From IMG/VR virus record IMGVR_UViG_3300029183_000013, positions 1 through 37,894 of that record: DNA of 37,894 nt, one strand, 5' to 3'. The notes below the pieces were generated by a model that ran no database searches, was not told where the DNA came from, and saw only the letters and a program-made list of their open reading frames with translations. This DNA comes from a virus. Lineage: Duplodnaviria > Caudoviricetes. This document shows positions 13,905 through 23,776 of this stretch, one piece after another. The position numbers and the translations under genes are program-made. Numbering within the stretch: the stretch's first letter is position 1; each line of letters starts with the position of its first letter.

Positions 13905-15783
13905 AAAAGCATTAGATGACATTGCAAAAAAGAATGTCTTCGCAATAGACACTGAAACGACGGGTCTCTATCCTTTTCATGGGGACCGCGCGTTTAGTAT
14001 TGCCATCTCTATTCATGAGCGCGATTATTATTTCAACTTCAACCAATACCCCAACCTCCCCGACAGCCTAGTCTTACCCGAGACTGTTCGGGGAGACTTT
14101 CAAAGACTATTCAAAAACAACGTGTATGTGTTCATGCAGAACGCCAAGTTCGATATGCACATGATGGACCTTGATTACAGCGATGCGCGGATTCACTGTA
14201 CAGCAGTAGGACACAGGCTTCTTAACAACGAAGTAAAGTCCAAATCTCTTGCCGCTATTGGGGAATCGATAGGTATTCCAAAAGACGATACTGTTGAAAA
14301 GCTCATCAAGTCTGGAAAGCTCTATGAACCAAGGGAGCGAGAAGGAAAATCTTGGAAACAGCCACGGTATGATCTAGTCCCCTTCGATAAAATCTCCACC
14401 TACGCGATGAGAGATACCTATGTCACCTATAAGGCGGGTGTTCGACAGGTCAAATGGATAGAGAACCAAAGACAAACTATGATAGAGAAGCCGCTTGTAA
14501 ACGTCTTGAAAAACGAATCTCGTTTAACACAGACAGTTTACAAGATGGAAAAGGTGGGGGTGAAGTGTGACATTGAATTTTGTCGTGAGGGAGTGCGGAA
14601 CAGTCTTGATAAGATGGAGCGAGCTAAGTCCCGATTTAAGGAAACCACTGGCACCGATTTTGTGGACTCTCACATCGTTCTGTATAAAGCATTCAAAGAC
14701 ACTGATCTGGAAAGATTTAAAAAGACGGATAAAGGGAACTACAAGTTCGACGAAGACATCCTCAAAACCTTCACAAACCCTGGATCTGCTTGCGTCCTTG
14801 ATTACAGAGGAGCTAATACGACGTTCAATTTTCTATCCGGATTCCTATTTGGGATGGATAGCGAAGGATTTGTACACACGGACTTCGACCCTGCTGGAAC
14901 AAGAACGGGACGGTTCTCATGTCGCAATCCTAACCTTCAAAATCTCAAAAAAACCGAAACCGGGGACAATAACAGTTCCGAAATTCAGTACGATGTCATC
15001 CGAAAAGCATTAGTACCGAGAGACGGGTACATTTTTGTGATGATCGATTACGACCAAATGGAGTATCGATTATTGCTCAATTACTCAGGAGCTAGGGGCC
15101 TAATTCGCAAGGTTTTGGAGGGGCTTGACGTTCACACAGCGACAGCAGAGGTGGCAAGAGTTACCCGAAAGCAAGCAAAAACGGTGAACTTTGGAACTGT
15201 TTATGGACAAGGGACAGCCGCTCTTGCAGAAAGTCTTGGAGTTTCTAAGATGGAGGCCGTTGCAATTCAAAAAGCCATCTTTGATGCGGCTCCAGAGAAC
15301 CTAAAGTTTCTAAATGATGTCATTTCCACAGCGAAAAAGCGCAAATATCTTATAAATTGGCTCGGTAGGGTCTACCGATTCCCTAAATCTTGGATGTCAT
15401 ACAAGGCTCCAAACACCTTGATTCAAGGGGGTGCTGGAGACATCGTTAAAGTTGCAATGAATAAGTGCGACGAGTTTCTTCTAGGATACAAGTCTCGCCT
15501 GCTGCTAAACATCCACGATGAACTTGTATTTGAAATACACGAAACAGAGCTTGATATTGTGCCCGAGCTAAAGAAATTAATGGAGTTTTCTTACCCTCAC
15601 GAATACCTGCCACTGACTTGCGGAATCGACTTTTCCAGAAAGTCTTTGGCTGACAAGCGTCCATGGAAAGATTTACACTCTAACCATGTCAAAGAAACCG
15701 GAAACCACATTCAAAGAGACAGTAGTTCCACGGATAAAGGCGCTACCGAAAACCTATGTGGTGAAAACACAGGAGGTCGCTAA
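13858..15783 (+). CDS. polA: family A DNA polymerase with 3'-5' exonuclease
   Basis: ExoI DTETTG, ExoII NAKFD, ExoIII YAMRD; TGRFSCRNPNLQN; motif A DYDQMEYR; motif B RKQAKTVNFGTVYG; motif C IHDEL; start chosen at ATG 13858. Confidence 0.95.
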   Translation: MGQERERLLVSRQLFEKALDDIAKKNVFAIDTETTGLYPFHGDRAFSIAISIHERDYYFNFNQYPNLPDSLVLPETVRGDFQRLFKNNVYVFMQNAKFDMHMMDLDYSDARIHCTAVGHRLLNNEVKSKSLAAIGESIGIPKDDTVEKLIKSGKLYEPREREGKSWKQPRYDLVPFDKISTYAMRDTYVTYKAGVRQVKWIENQRQTMIEKPLVNVLKNESRLTQTVYKMEKVGVKCDIEFCREGVRNSLDKMERAKSRFKETTGTDFVDSHIVLYKAFKDTDLERFKKTDKGNYKFDEDILKTFTNPGSACVLDYRGANTTFNFLSGFLFGMDSEGFVHTDFDPAGTRTGRFSCRNPNLQNLKKTETGDNNSSEIQYDVIRKALVPRDGYIFVMIDYDQMEYRLLLNYSGARGLIRKVLEGLDVHTATAEVARVTRKQAKTVNFGTVYGQGTAALAESLGVSKMEAVAIQKAIFDAAPENLKFLNDVISTAKKRKYLINWLGRVYRFPKSWMSYKAPNTLIQGGAGDIVKVAMNKCDEFLLGYKSRLLLNIHDELVFEIHETELDIVPELKKLMEFSYPHEYLPLTCGIDFSRKSLADKRPWKDLHSNHVKETGNHIQRDSSSTDKGATENLCGENTGGR

Positions 15784-16012
15784 ACGTGGCGTCTTGGACC
15801 TGCTTATCTGCTGCAATTCTATCTTCGTTGCAATCGAACTTAAGATTGATGACGACACGGGAGATCATCTGCAAGACTGGAATGGACGTAAAATCGCTGC
15901 CGCCGGGGGAGTTGCAATGGTCGCCAATCCCCAAAACTGGGACACAGTTTATAGGATCCTACATGATATTGCCCATTACGGGTTGGACAAAACTAAGATC
16001 ACTTATAATTAA
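15686..16012 (+). CDS. VRR-NUC / PD-(D/E)xK nuclease (resolvase-like)
   Basis: E...GVLDL...FVAIELK...LQ pattern; follows PolA. Confidence 0.8.
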   Translation: MSKKPETTFKETVVPRIKALPKTYVVKTQEVAKRGVLDLLICCNSIFVAIELKIDDDTGDHLQDWNGRKIAAAGGVAMVANPQNWDTVYRILHDIAHYGLDKTKITYN

Positions 16013-16027
16013 AAAGGAGAAAGCACC

Positions 16028-16444
16028 ATGATCGAAGTATCTTATGACATATTCAAAAACGCACAAAACGCCTCAACCGTTCTAAGGAACCTAGAAAAAA
16101 CTAAGTTTCCTGATTTTAAATCCAGCTACAAAGTGAAGCGAATGGTTGATGCAATCAATAGCGAGTTCAAAGTTTTCATGAAGTTTCGTAAAGAGATTCA
16201 AGACGAAGCCATCTATGAAAAAGACGACGATGGGAACCACAAAACAGACCCTATGGGGCGTCCTTTAATCACCAATGAAGCCGATCTTGAGAAGAAAATC
16301 GACGATCTTTTGAAGCAAAAATTTGAGATGAAATGGGGTCCATTGATTAAAGAAGAACTGGAGATGGTAAAGCCTTCGGCGGCTGATCTTCACATCCTAG
16401 AACAGCTTACAGACCCTGCTGTTTTTGATGAAGTTTCTTCATAA
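16028..16444 (+). CDS. hypothetical protein
   Basis: AAGGAG RBS; last gene of the + arm. Confidence 0.8.
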   Translation: MIEVSYDIFKNAQNASTVLRNLEKTKFPDFKSSYKVKRMVDAINSEFKVFMKFRKEIQDEAIYEKDDDGNHKTDPMGRPLITNEADLEKKIDDLLKQKFEMKWGPLIKEELEMVKPSAADLHILEQLTDPAVFDEVSS

Positions 16445-16823
16445 TCTTGAATAGATCATTTATCTGCTTTTGATTCTTTTCAACAGAATCCTCAAGCACC
16501 ATAACACGGCCATGGTCCTCGGCTCTTTGTTCGAGGGCAGGCCGTATTTTCTCATCTATCTCCGACTGCATTTCCTTAAGGGACGAAACGAGCGATGAAA
16601 TTTTGGCTTCAAGCGTTTTGGGGTCGGTTCTGAGCTGGAGGGATTTGACAAGCTGGACTTCTCGGGTTGTTGCTTCGACTTTCTTTCCAAGAAGTCTAAT
16701 AGCTTGTTTCGATTCGTTGTGGTTTTCATCATTCTTGCTTACCAGTCGAGTAAGAAGAAAAGCGCAAATGCCAACAACAGCACCAATAAAAAGTTGCCCA
16801 ACAAAGTTAAGACTCTCCCCCAT
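16407..16823 (-). CDS. single-TM coiled-coil membrane protein
   Basis: N-terminal FVGQLFIGAVVGICAFLL followed by heptad-rich helix. Confidence 0.75.
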   Translation of the reverse strand: MGESLNFVGQLFIGAVVGICAFLLTRLVSKNDENHNESKQAIRLLGKKVEATTREVQLVKSLQLRTDPKTLEAKISSLVSSLKEMQSEIDEKIRPALEQRAEDHGRVMVLEDSVEKNQKQINDLFKIMKKLHQKQQGL

Positions 16824-17073
16824 ACTCCATGTCCTTTTCCTTGGCTCTTTCCTGCTGCCTATCCCTTAATCCTTGGATAGAAGTGATCGCCTTTTTTGTA
16901 GCTTTGTGGTCACGGTCCAAACACTTTTGAACATACTTCATTTTATCAGGGTCTGCCTTACATTTCTCGGCATCAATGATTGTACGGGCAGCGTCCTTAA
17001 TTTCATAGTCGCTGTATTTCCCGTTTTGTCCGTATTCATTATCCTTTTCTGGTTCTGCTGCGATAGTTTCCAT
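16807..17073 (-). CDS. hypothetical protein
   Basis: GGAGG RBS; TAATG overlap. Confidence 0.75.
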   Translation of the reverse strand: METIAAEPEKDNEYGQNGKYSDYEIKDAARTIIDAEKCKADPDKMKYVQKCLDRDHKATKKAITSIQGLRDRQQERAKEKDMEYGGES

Positions 17074-18884
17074 TATTGGTCCTCCCTCATTTTTTCATAA
17101 ATATTCACACCTGATTGGATTCTTGGGGTATATGGCAAAATGCCTGGTCCTGCATTCTGAATTGCATCGACCCCACGGGTACTCATTTTCTGAGCCCGCA
17201 TCATTGCTTTAAGAGCTTTTGGGGATCCGAGTAGGGCTCCGAACATTCCGAGACCCGTACCGAGTGCAGCTCCTTGGCCTCCACCCATCTCACCGCCGAC
17301 ATAACCTCCTCCCAAGACTCCAGCTCCTTGCAATGCAAGTGATCGTCCAGTAGGAGATGAACCCATGGAAAGGATTTTATTGTCAGGCTTGGCAAAAATA
17401 TCAGCCGCTGCCATCCCCTCTGCCATGTTCTCAACATCAACTCCGCTCTGTTCAAGGGTCTTGTTGATGAACTTAGCATCCTTGCCTCCAAGACTTTTCT
17501 TGAGGGTTCGTTGGGTGGTTTCCCCGTCTTTGAATAGCTTCTGCAATTTCTGCTGATTTTTGATCTGGTCACTGTACTGGCGATTAAGTTGCTTTAAAGC
17601 TCCGCCATCGTCAATACCGGCTGTAATCGTTTCATCGAGCTTAGAGGTCGCCTTTTTCGCAATTCTCTCCAGATCCTTTTCGACCTCCGACTTCTTGAAC
17701 TGTTGAGTATCAAATCCGCTCTTGTTTTGGCGCTTGATTCCCGTGAGATCATTGAGGTCTCTCTTGAGTATGACCGCATCCTCGCCTCCGAGCTTCTTAC
17801 CCTTTTTGGGCATATAGCGTTTGTAGGCTTTCTTCACGAAGTCCAAATCCTCCTTGGCAGCATCCGTACCGAAGGCTTTGGCTTTTTGCTCATACTTCTT
17901 GATGAGGACCGAGAACTCACCATGGACAGGGGTCAAATCCACCTGTTTTTGGTTCGCCTCTAAAATGGCTCCGATCTGAGAACCAGTGTCCTGCATTTTC
18001 TGAGAGCCAGACTCCAATATTTTGGATCTCACACCCTCCAAGGCGTCCACGGCATCGAAGTCTTTGGCGGGGTCCGCCATATTATCAAGATCTTGATAAG
18101 CTCGCTTAAGATACCTGGATTCGATCCCAGACATCTTTTCACCCATCCAAGGGGCTATTTTACCCTTGGCTTGACCCAAAAGGCCCTGCTGGGTTTTGGC
18201 GATCTTTTTGACCGCGGCCTCCAAAACTTCTTTGGGAGCATCTTTTCCAACCTGCTTTATGGCCTGTTTGAGAATAGCTTTTCCGCCAGCTCCCGTTCCA
18301 AGGAGGAGAGGGCTTATCGCTCCGAATCCTCCGGCCCACATTAGGTCGTCCTTACTCTGATCTTGGTTGATCCCGAGCCATTGCCCTATCTGGTTCCTCG
18401 CGGCTTCTAGGGCCACTCCTGTGCCCGCTCCAGCCGCAGCTCCACCGGCAAGTCCAATAGGGATTGCTCCCGGACCAGTTACCAGGCCACCGGTTCCAGC
18501 GGCAAGACCTCCAGCCACGGCTGCGGTCCCCTCAAGGGCTCCTGCTGGGACATCCCAAACAAGGTCCGTAATATCCTGCATATCGAAGCCCGTGGGGTCC
18601 AATCGACGCCACTCCTTCTCATCTGGCCTTTTCGCCAAAACTCCCCCACTTTCTTCTTTTCTGAAGGTGAGGCCAGGGTATTTCTTCTGAAGATATTGAA
18701 ATGACTTCTCTTTATCGGCTCCGAAGTTCTTGTAAACGAATCGAGACCCGAACCCAATATCCGGGTGCATCTCATCGACAATGGGAGCTTCCTTGTCTTG
18801 AAGCTCCTGATACAAGCGTTTCGCCTGTTCCTTGTCGATTTTACCCGATCTCAGGGCTTTGAGGATTTTCTCAGCTCCACTCAT
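17073..18884 (-). CDS. putative internal virion/DNA-ejection protein
   Basis: Large helical protein with two G/A-rich hydrophobic segments; distal position in podovirus-like late operon. Confidence 0.65.
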   Translation of the reverse strand: MSGAEKILKALRSGKIDKEQAKRLYQELQDKEAPIVDEMHPDIGFGSRFVYKNFGADKEKSFQYLQKKYPGLTFRKEESGGVLAKRPDEKEWRRLDPTGFDMQDITDLVWDVPAGALEGTAAVAGGLAAGTGGLVTGPGAIPIGLAGGAAAGAGTGVALEAARNQIGQWLGINQDQSKDDLMWAGGFGAISPLLLGTGAGGKAILKQAIKQVGKDAPKEVLEAAVKKIAKTQQGLLGQAKGKIAPWMGEKMSGIESRYLKRAYQDLDNMADPAKDFDAVDALEGVRSKILESGSQKMQDTGSQIGAILEANQKQVDLTPVHGEFSVLIKKYEQKAKAFGTDAAKEDLDFVKKAYKRYMPKKGKKLGGEDAVILKRDLNDLTGIKRQNKSGFDTQQFKKSEVEKDLERIAKKATSKLDETITAGIDDGGALKQLNRQYSDQIKNQQKLQKLFKDGETTQRTLKKSLGGKDAKFINKTLEQSGVDVENMAEGMAAADIFAKPDNKILSMGSSPTGRSLALQGAGVLGGGYVGGEMGGGQGAALGTGLGMFGALLGSPKALKAMMRAQKMSTRGVDAIQNAGPGILPYTPRIQSGVNIYEKMREDQ

Positions 18885-19942
18885 AGTCCAAGCTCCTTGC
18901 GAAGCTCGGCTTCAGCATCCATCTTGTTCCCACCGCCTTCGGGCTTAAATTGCTCCAAAGTGGTGTCCTTTGTTCCGCCAAAACCCTTCAGCGATCCGTG
19001 GGTGTTGAAGTAGTCCGCCGCTTTTTGTTTCGCTTGCGCCATCCTTTCAAGTTTTTTAATCGCCCCTTCAAGTTTTTTGATGTTGTCTTTGTCTTCGAGT
19101 CTTGGGTCGTAGGATTGTTGGACGAGTCTTTGTCCTTCTTTTTCCGTGAATTGCCCGCCAAGGATCTCTTTGAGGCTTTGGAAGACAACCGAGCCAATTT
19201 CTTGCTCAACCGCGACCGTTTCGGGGGCCGTTCTTGCTCTGACAAATTCTGGGAGGAGGACGGATCCCAATTGGTCGCCTTCGGAGAGTCTTGCCTTAAC
19301 TCTCTGTAGTTTTGCGAGATTGCTCTCCACGTTTGCAAATCCACCCGATACCCATTTTTGATAATCTTTTCCAAATTCCTTGTCAGACGCGACCTGACCC
19401 TTCGTAAGATTTGTGAGATCTGGACCTCCCTGTGGTGTGGGCGCGGCCTGCGCCTTTTGATTCTGCTTGAACTGAGCGAGCTGCTGTTGAAGATCATACT
19501 GCTTGTCCAAATACTCCAATTTATTCTGTTGGCGTAGAGCCTCAAGGTTCATGGCTTCTTGAGGTTTAGCCATCATTCTCTGCTGATTTAGGAGCCCGCT
19601 GGCTGTATTGGCAACTCCAGAACGGACATTCTGAAGCTGTTGCTCTAAGCGGAATTTTTCAGCCATAGGATCTTTTGGCTTCATGGCCTGAGCCATAGCC
19701 GTTAGGTTTTTGCCGGGAGCAATAGCATCCACCAACATCGCCCAAGGAGTAAAATCCCTCCCTTTCGGTTTGCCGGAGAAGTTTTCAATTTGCTCCTCTA
19801 AGGTGGCAGCCTGTTCCTGTTGAGCCCGGAGGTTCTTCATTTGCACCTGCTGAAGCTGCGCCATAAGCGCATCCGTAGGGGTCATTTGCGACGCAGGATT
19901 GGCAGCCTGTTGTAAATTTAGAGCGGCTTCTTCTGGTGTCAT
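18881..19942 (-). CDS. putative ejection protein
   Basis: Q/A-rich helical protein; AGGAGG RBS; gene order. Confidence 0.6.
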   Translation of the reverse strand: MTPEEAALNLQQAANPASQMTPTDALMAQLQQVQMKNLRAQQEQAATLEEQIENFSGKPKGRDFTPWAMLVDAIAPGKNLTAMAQAMKPKDPMAEKFRLEQQLQNVRSGVANTASGLLNQQRMMAKPQEAMNLEALRQQNKLEYLDKQYDLQQQLAQFKQNQKAQAAPTPQGGPDLTNLTKGQVASDKEFGKDYQKWVSGGFANVESNLAKLQRVKARLSEGDQLGSVLLPEFVRARTAPETVAVEQEIGSVVFQSLKEILGGQFTEKEGQRLVQQSYDPRLEDKDNIKKLEGAIKKLERMAQAKQKAADYFNTHGSLKGFGGTKDTTLEQFKPEGGGNKMDAEAELRKELGL

Positions 19943-19951
19943 TCGTCCTCC

Positions 19952-20359
19952 TTAAGCGTACATTTTACCCATTTGGGCGTATGGGTTTTGCATAGGATCC
20001 ATTCCCATTCCACCCATAGGATTCATCTGCTGCTGCATCATGCCCGGATCAACCATTGTCGTTGTCTGGGCAGCACCCATGTTCATACCAGCAGGAGCGG
20101 CGGCTTGACCGAGGCCAGCAGCATTACTGATTCCAGAACCGAGCATGAATCCCTGCATTCCGCCGGATAAAGCGCCACCAAAAGCATCTTGATTGCCCGC
20201 GCTCACCATCCCCGGATCCTGCATCCCAGTCCAAGGAGAATACCGGATCACATTCTTTCTATGAGCATCCAGTTTCTTTTGTCTTTTCTTGTTTGCGTTT
20301 GCATCCATTATTCCTTTGGTCGCACCTACAGCGGCGACACCTACAGCTACCCATGACAT
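19952..20359 (-). CDS. putative small ejection protein
   Basis: MSWVAVGVAAVG N-terminus; G/M/Q-rich; first of three ejection-type genes. Confidence 0.6.
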   Translation of the reverse strand: MSWVAVGVAAVGATKGIMDANANKKRQKKLDAHRKNVIRYSPWTGMQDPGMVSAGNQDAFGGALSGGMQGFMLGSGISNAAGLGQAAAPAGMNMGAAQTTTMVDPGMMQQQMNPMGGMGMDPMQNPYAQMGKMYA

Positions 20360-20835
20360 AGCTCTACTCCTTTTTGGTAAAATTGTTCTAAGCGTTCTTT
20401 TTCAACGACATCCAAGACCTCAACTTCGTCGTAGTCTTTTGCGATGACTTCATCTTCAATCTTTTCGAGGTCTTTCTCCTCGGTAGCGTGGATGGTTGTC
20501 CAGGTTACATCCGTAAGCGCGAAACCTACGCGCTTTGTACCGGGAGGGCTCACCACATGAAAAGGAGCTGACACCATCTTCTCCCCTTCTTCGGTCATAA
20601 TCAGAATTGTCCCCTGAGAGAGAATATTGAGACTTTCATATTTATGGATCTTTCCAATCAATAGGGTGCCCCGAGGGATAAACAATTCACGGGCATAAAC
20701 CCCGTTAGAGAAATGATGGACAGGAGGCATATCCACCTGTGGCATCTTCTTGAGCTTATTTTCAAGATCATTGATAGAAGCTCTGCGAACCTTGCGAATA
20801 TCGAAATTCTGTTGCTTTTCTTCAATCTGGCTCAT
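20347..20835 (-). CDS. cupin-fold protein
   Basis: HHFSNGVYARELFIPRGTLLIGKIHK...SPPGTKR...WTTIH; start at ATG 20835 with GGAG RBS. Confidence 0.7.
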   Translation of the reverse strand: MSQIEEKQQNFDIRKVRRASINDLENKLKKMPQVDMPPVHHFSNGVYARELFIPRGTLLIGKIHKYESLNILSQGTILIMTEEGEKMVSAPFHVVSPPGTKRVGFALTDVTWTTIHATEEKDLEKIEDEVIAKDYDEVEVLDVVEKERLEQFYQKGVELCHG

Positions 20836-21241
20836 TAAGCAACTCCAATAAAATATCCCCCTTGAAAGTCTTCGTACCAATGACTCTGAAACCTGCTTGT
20901 AGAGCCATCTTCAACATAGGGATGTTAGTGTTTTCGATATAGGTCATAATTCTTTTGTAATTTGCTAAAGAATAATCGCGGAATCCCGAATAGTTTTTCC
21001 ATACGGCGACACCTTTTGCGATATTCGGGAATGCTCCACCATACTGCCAGTATAAAGTTTCGGAGTCGAACTCCCGACAAGTAACAAAGCCAGACGGGTT
21101 TCCTTTGTCGAAACTCAATAGCGCAAAATCAATGCGGTCCATATCGGGACTTCGCACCTGTTCAAAACAGACGATATGAGCTTCAGTACAGAAATACTTA
21201 GCCCACTCCTCCTTTGAAATTCTGCGCACATCTGCTGTCAT
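20822..21241 (-). CDS. GNAT-fold protein in virion module
   Basis: IAKGVA motif A-like; IENTNIPMLKMALQAGF motif B. Confidence 0.7.
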   Translation of the reverse strand: MTADVRRISKEEWAKYFCTEAHIVCFEQVRSPDMDRIDFALLSFDKGNPSGFVTCREFDSETLYWQYGGAFPNIAKGVAVWKNYSGFRDYSLANYKRIMTYIENTNIPMLKMALQAGFRVIGTKTFKGDILLELLNEPD

Positions 21242-21966
21242 TACTTCTTACCGCCCCCGCCACTTGGTGTAGAGGCCGCCGTTCTTTCAGATGCCCACGC
21301 TCGCATTTGCTCATTGTAGGCATTCATGTCAGCGGCTCTTTCTTGGAACACATCATTTAGTGCGGCCTGAATATTAAAGCGATCTGTATTTTGTTGGAAT
21401 TGGGCGGCTCCCATTTCAGCTTGACCGAGACGACCCAAGGATCCCAGTCTGTTTTGTTCGTCAGCCATATCAAGCTGCAAACCACGACCGAGAATATCTT
21501 GTTGAGCTGCTAGGTTCTGACGGACAGAATTGTTTGCCATCCTTTCAGCAGCACCTGCGCGTAAACCGCCTCGCATTGCCATTTGATCTTGAGCAAGGGC
21601 ATTTTGTTGATTTATTCTTTGAGCTACATTCCCGGCTTCTCTTTCAAGTTGGGCCTGCTGGAGAGTTCTCCACGGACTTGCTTCACCGGGGCCACGAAGA
21701 CCTTCTTGTCTCATTCGGTCCAAGAAACCAGTATTCAAGGTATTTTGGAGTCTAAATTGATCCTTCAGGAGATCGTCGTCCCCGCGAACCGATAAAAACT
21801 CTGGCCTGTCTGGGCGAGATTTTAACTCCGCCAATTCATCTGCCATCTTTTTCATATAGTAATCGTGGACGTTGAACCCAGAACCCATTCCGCCTCCACC
21901 GGCGACCATCATTCCCGAGGAGTTCTTTGAGTTTCCGTATGCCTGTCCAGAATTATTTACTGCCAT
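21241..21966 (-). CDS. putative virion/ejection protein
   Basis: Q/A/M-rich helical protein; GGGAG RBS. Confidence 0.6.
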   Translation of the reverse strand: MAVNNSGQAYGNSKNSSGMMVAGGGGMGSGFNVHDYYMKKMADELAELKSRPDRPEFLSVRGDDDLLKDQFRLQNTLNTGFLDRMRQEGLRGPGEASPWRTLQQAQLEREAGNVAQRINQQNALAQDQMAMRGGLRAGAAERMANNSVRQNLAAQQDILGRGLQLDMADEQNRLGSLGRLGQAEMGAAQFQQNTDRFNIQAALNDVFQERAADMNAYNEQMRAWASERTAASTPSGGGGKK

Positions 21967-21975
21967 AAACTCCCC

Positions 21976-22683
21976 CTAGTTCATTTCCTCGTAATAAGAC
22001 AAATCCATCTCAATTTCATTATTGCTATCAGGCTGTGCATCTGCAAGCGTAGTCTGCAATAAACGTCTCTGTTGTTCAAGCATTTGAATAGAGGCGTTTA
22101 AGTTGGGATGCAATTCCTTCTCATAAACCCGCACTTTAACATATTGGAACAAGAAGTTTATTCCAACCGGGATGTCGATAATATCTGTGTCGAGCCCTGT
22201 CATGCGGTTTAAATTTCTCAAAAACCAAACTTCGATATTGTCGCCGGTCTCTCTGGATCTCGGGATCAATACCATTTTTGGATTCCCCACCGTAGGGTTG
22301 TAAATGTAATACTCATATAGATCCGAAGTATTGAATTGATCGGCAATCGCCTTCTTTTGGAACTTTCTTGGACCCGCAGGCTTCACCTCATAAACCGTGG
22401 ATTGGTTGTTGAATATGACGCTGCGTATTTTGTGAGCATATATCTCTGGAGGCAAATCGTACTCATCTTGGTCAGCCACCAAAGAGAGGGTGTGTTTGTC
22501 GAGAAAATAATCGATGGCCTCTCCGCTCATCGTATTGATCTCCGCCTCATACTCGTCGATAGCTTCATTGGCGTATTCGACGAGTTCTTCTTGTCGGACG
22601 AAAACTTCAGCTTCAATATCGAGGTCTCTCTTAACTTTGGATTTAAACTCTCCCCAAGTAAAATATTTCTTGGCTGTACTCAT
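21976..22683 (-). CDS. putative head-tail adaptor (P22 gp4 / T7 gp11-like role)
   Basis: ELVEYANEAI helix; LVADQDEYDLP motif; size and context. Confidence 0.7.
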   Translation of the reverse strand: MSTAKKYFTWGEFKSKVKRDLDIEAEVFVRQEELVEYANEAIDEYEAEINTMSGEAIDYFLDKHTLSLVADQDEYDLPPEIYAHKIRSVIFNNQSTVYEVKPAGPRKFQKKAIADQFNTSDLYEYYIYNPTVGNPKMVLIPRSRETGDNIEVWFLRNLNRMTGLDTDIIDIPVGINFLFQYVKVRVYEKELHPNLNASIQMLEQQRRLLQTTLADAQPDSNNEIEMDLSYYEEMN

Positions 22684-23108
22684 GATTCGACCTCTCTGCT
22701 GTTTGTATCAGAGTCAGAAAAGTGCCAATGAGTGACTGTGTTTTTCCAACTCTCCCCGTGATCTATGGAGTTTTTGATGTGGTTTTTCTCAATACAATAA
22801 AGACCATTACAAAATATCCAATCAACAAAATCTCCGAACGCGAGAATAAATTTACTAGCCTTGCCCTCGCCAGATTCGTGCATAATCCTAGCGAGCCCAA
22901 GAGCCTCTGAGATTGATATATCCGGGGCCTGACCCCAAATTGTAGCCAATCCTTGATCCCAAACACCTAATGCGAGATTGCGTGAATAGAGTTTCAGTTT
23001 TTTAGATCGAAAGACGAGACCCACCAAGTACCAAAAACCGGAATAAAAAAGTACCAAAAACAGTGTGGGCGCGAAGAGTAGTGTGTTTAAGACGTATAGA
23101 AAAATCAT
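22680..23108 (-). CDS. membrane protein
   Basis: Hydrophobic N-terminal 32 aa; DQ...DISIS...G motif. Confidence 0.65.
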   Translation of the reverse strand: MIFLYVLNTLLFAPTLFLVLFYSGFWYLVGLVFRSKKLKLYSRNLALGVWDQGLATIWGQAPDISISEALGLARIMHESGEGKASKFILAFGDFVDWIFCNGLYCIEKNHIKNSIDHGESWKNTVTHWHFSDSDTNSREVES

Positions 23109-23776
23109 TAGTAAGTAACCCCCGCAATGATGAATTGGTAAGCCTTTACACCGGGAGCTACATCTGCAAGAAGAAATGGATATAAAGTATGATTCATCGT
23201 ATTTGATACGAATGCTTCAATCCCGTCCTTTTTACCGGACAGGTGGAATTTTGTAATTTCAGGAGATAGGGCCGCCATAAATGCCGCGCCCGCCGCTATG
23301 TTTTGTTCTTCAACCTCGGGGTCTCCTTGAGCTGAAGAACTGAGAAGATCAAGCATATCGGATTCAAGTTTGTTCGTGATGTTCTCGCGTCGCCTGTGTG
23401 TCGCAGCACGAGACTCCTCGGGAGTATATGTGTACCAACCGCCATCTTTGATCTCCGTGTTTTCGGTCCCGTCCTCATTCCAGTGTTTTCTCTTGGTTCT
23501 TTTCTTCAAGAGTTTACCGGTAACAGAATCCGATTGATACTCACGAGTAACCTGTAACACAGGTATTGTTTTTTCGTCGTCCTCATAAAAAGTTGCTTCT
23601 GTCAAAAGACCCGGCTGTCCAAAGATAACCGTTTTCTGAAGCGTTTTTATGAGGTCTTTTTTATAGTTGATTTTATGGAAATGCTGGCCCTGATCGTCAA
23701 TCTGTAGAGCGACGATCCTTGGCTGATCTCCGGGGACTTCTTCTCCCCTATGATTAGTAACAAACCCCTCACTCAT
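23108..23776 (-). CDS. hypothetical protein
   Basis: GGAGG RBS; coupled overlaps. Confidence 0.75.
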   Translation of the reverse strand: MSEGFVTNHRGEEVPGDQPRIVALQIDDQGQHFHKINYKKDLIKTLQKTVIFGQPGLLTEATFYEDDEKTIPVLQVTREYQSDSVTGKLLKKRTKRKHWNEDGTENTEIKDGGWYTYTPEESRAATHRRRENITNKLESDMLDLLSSSAQGDPEVEEQNIAAGAAFMAALSPEITKFHLSGKKDGIEAFVSNTMNHTLYPFLLADVAPGVKAYQFIIAGVTY

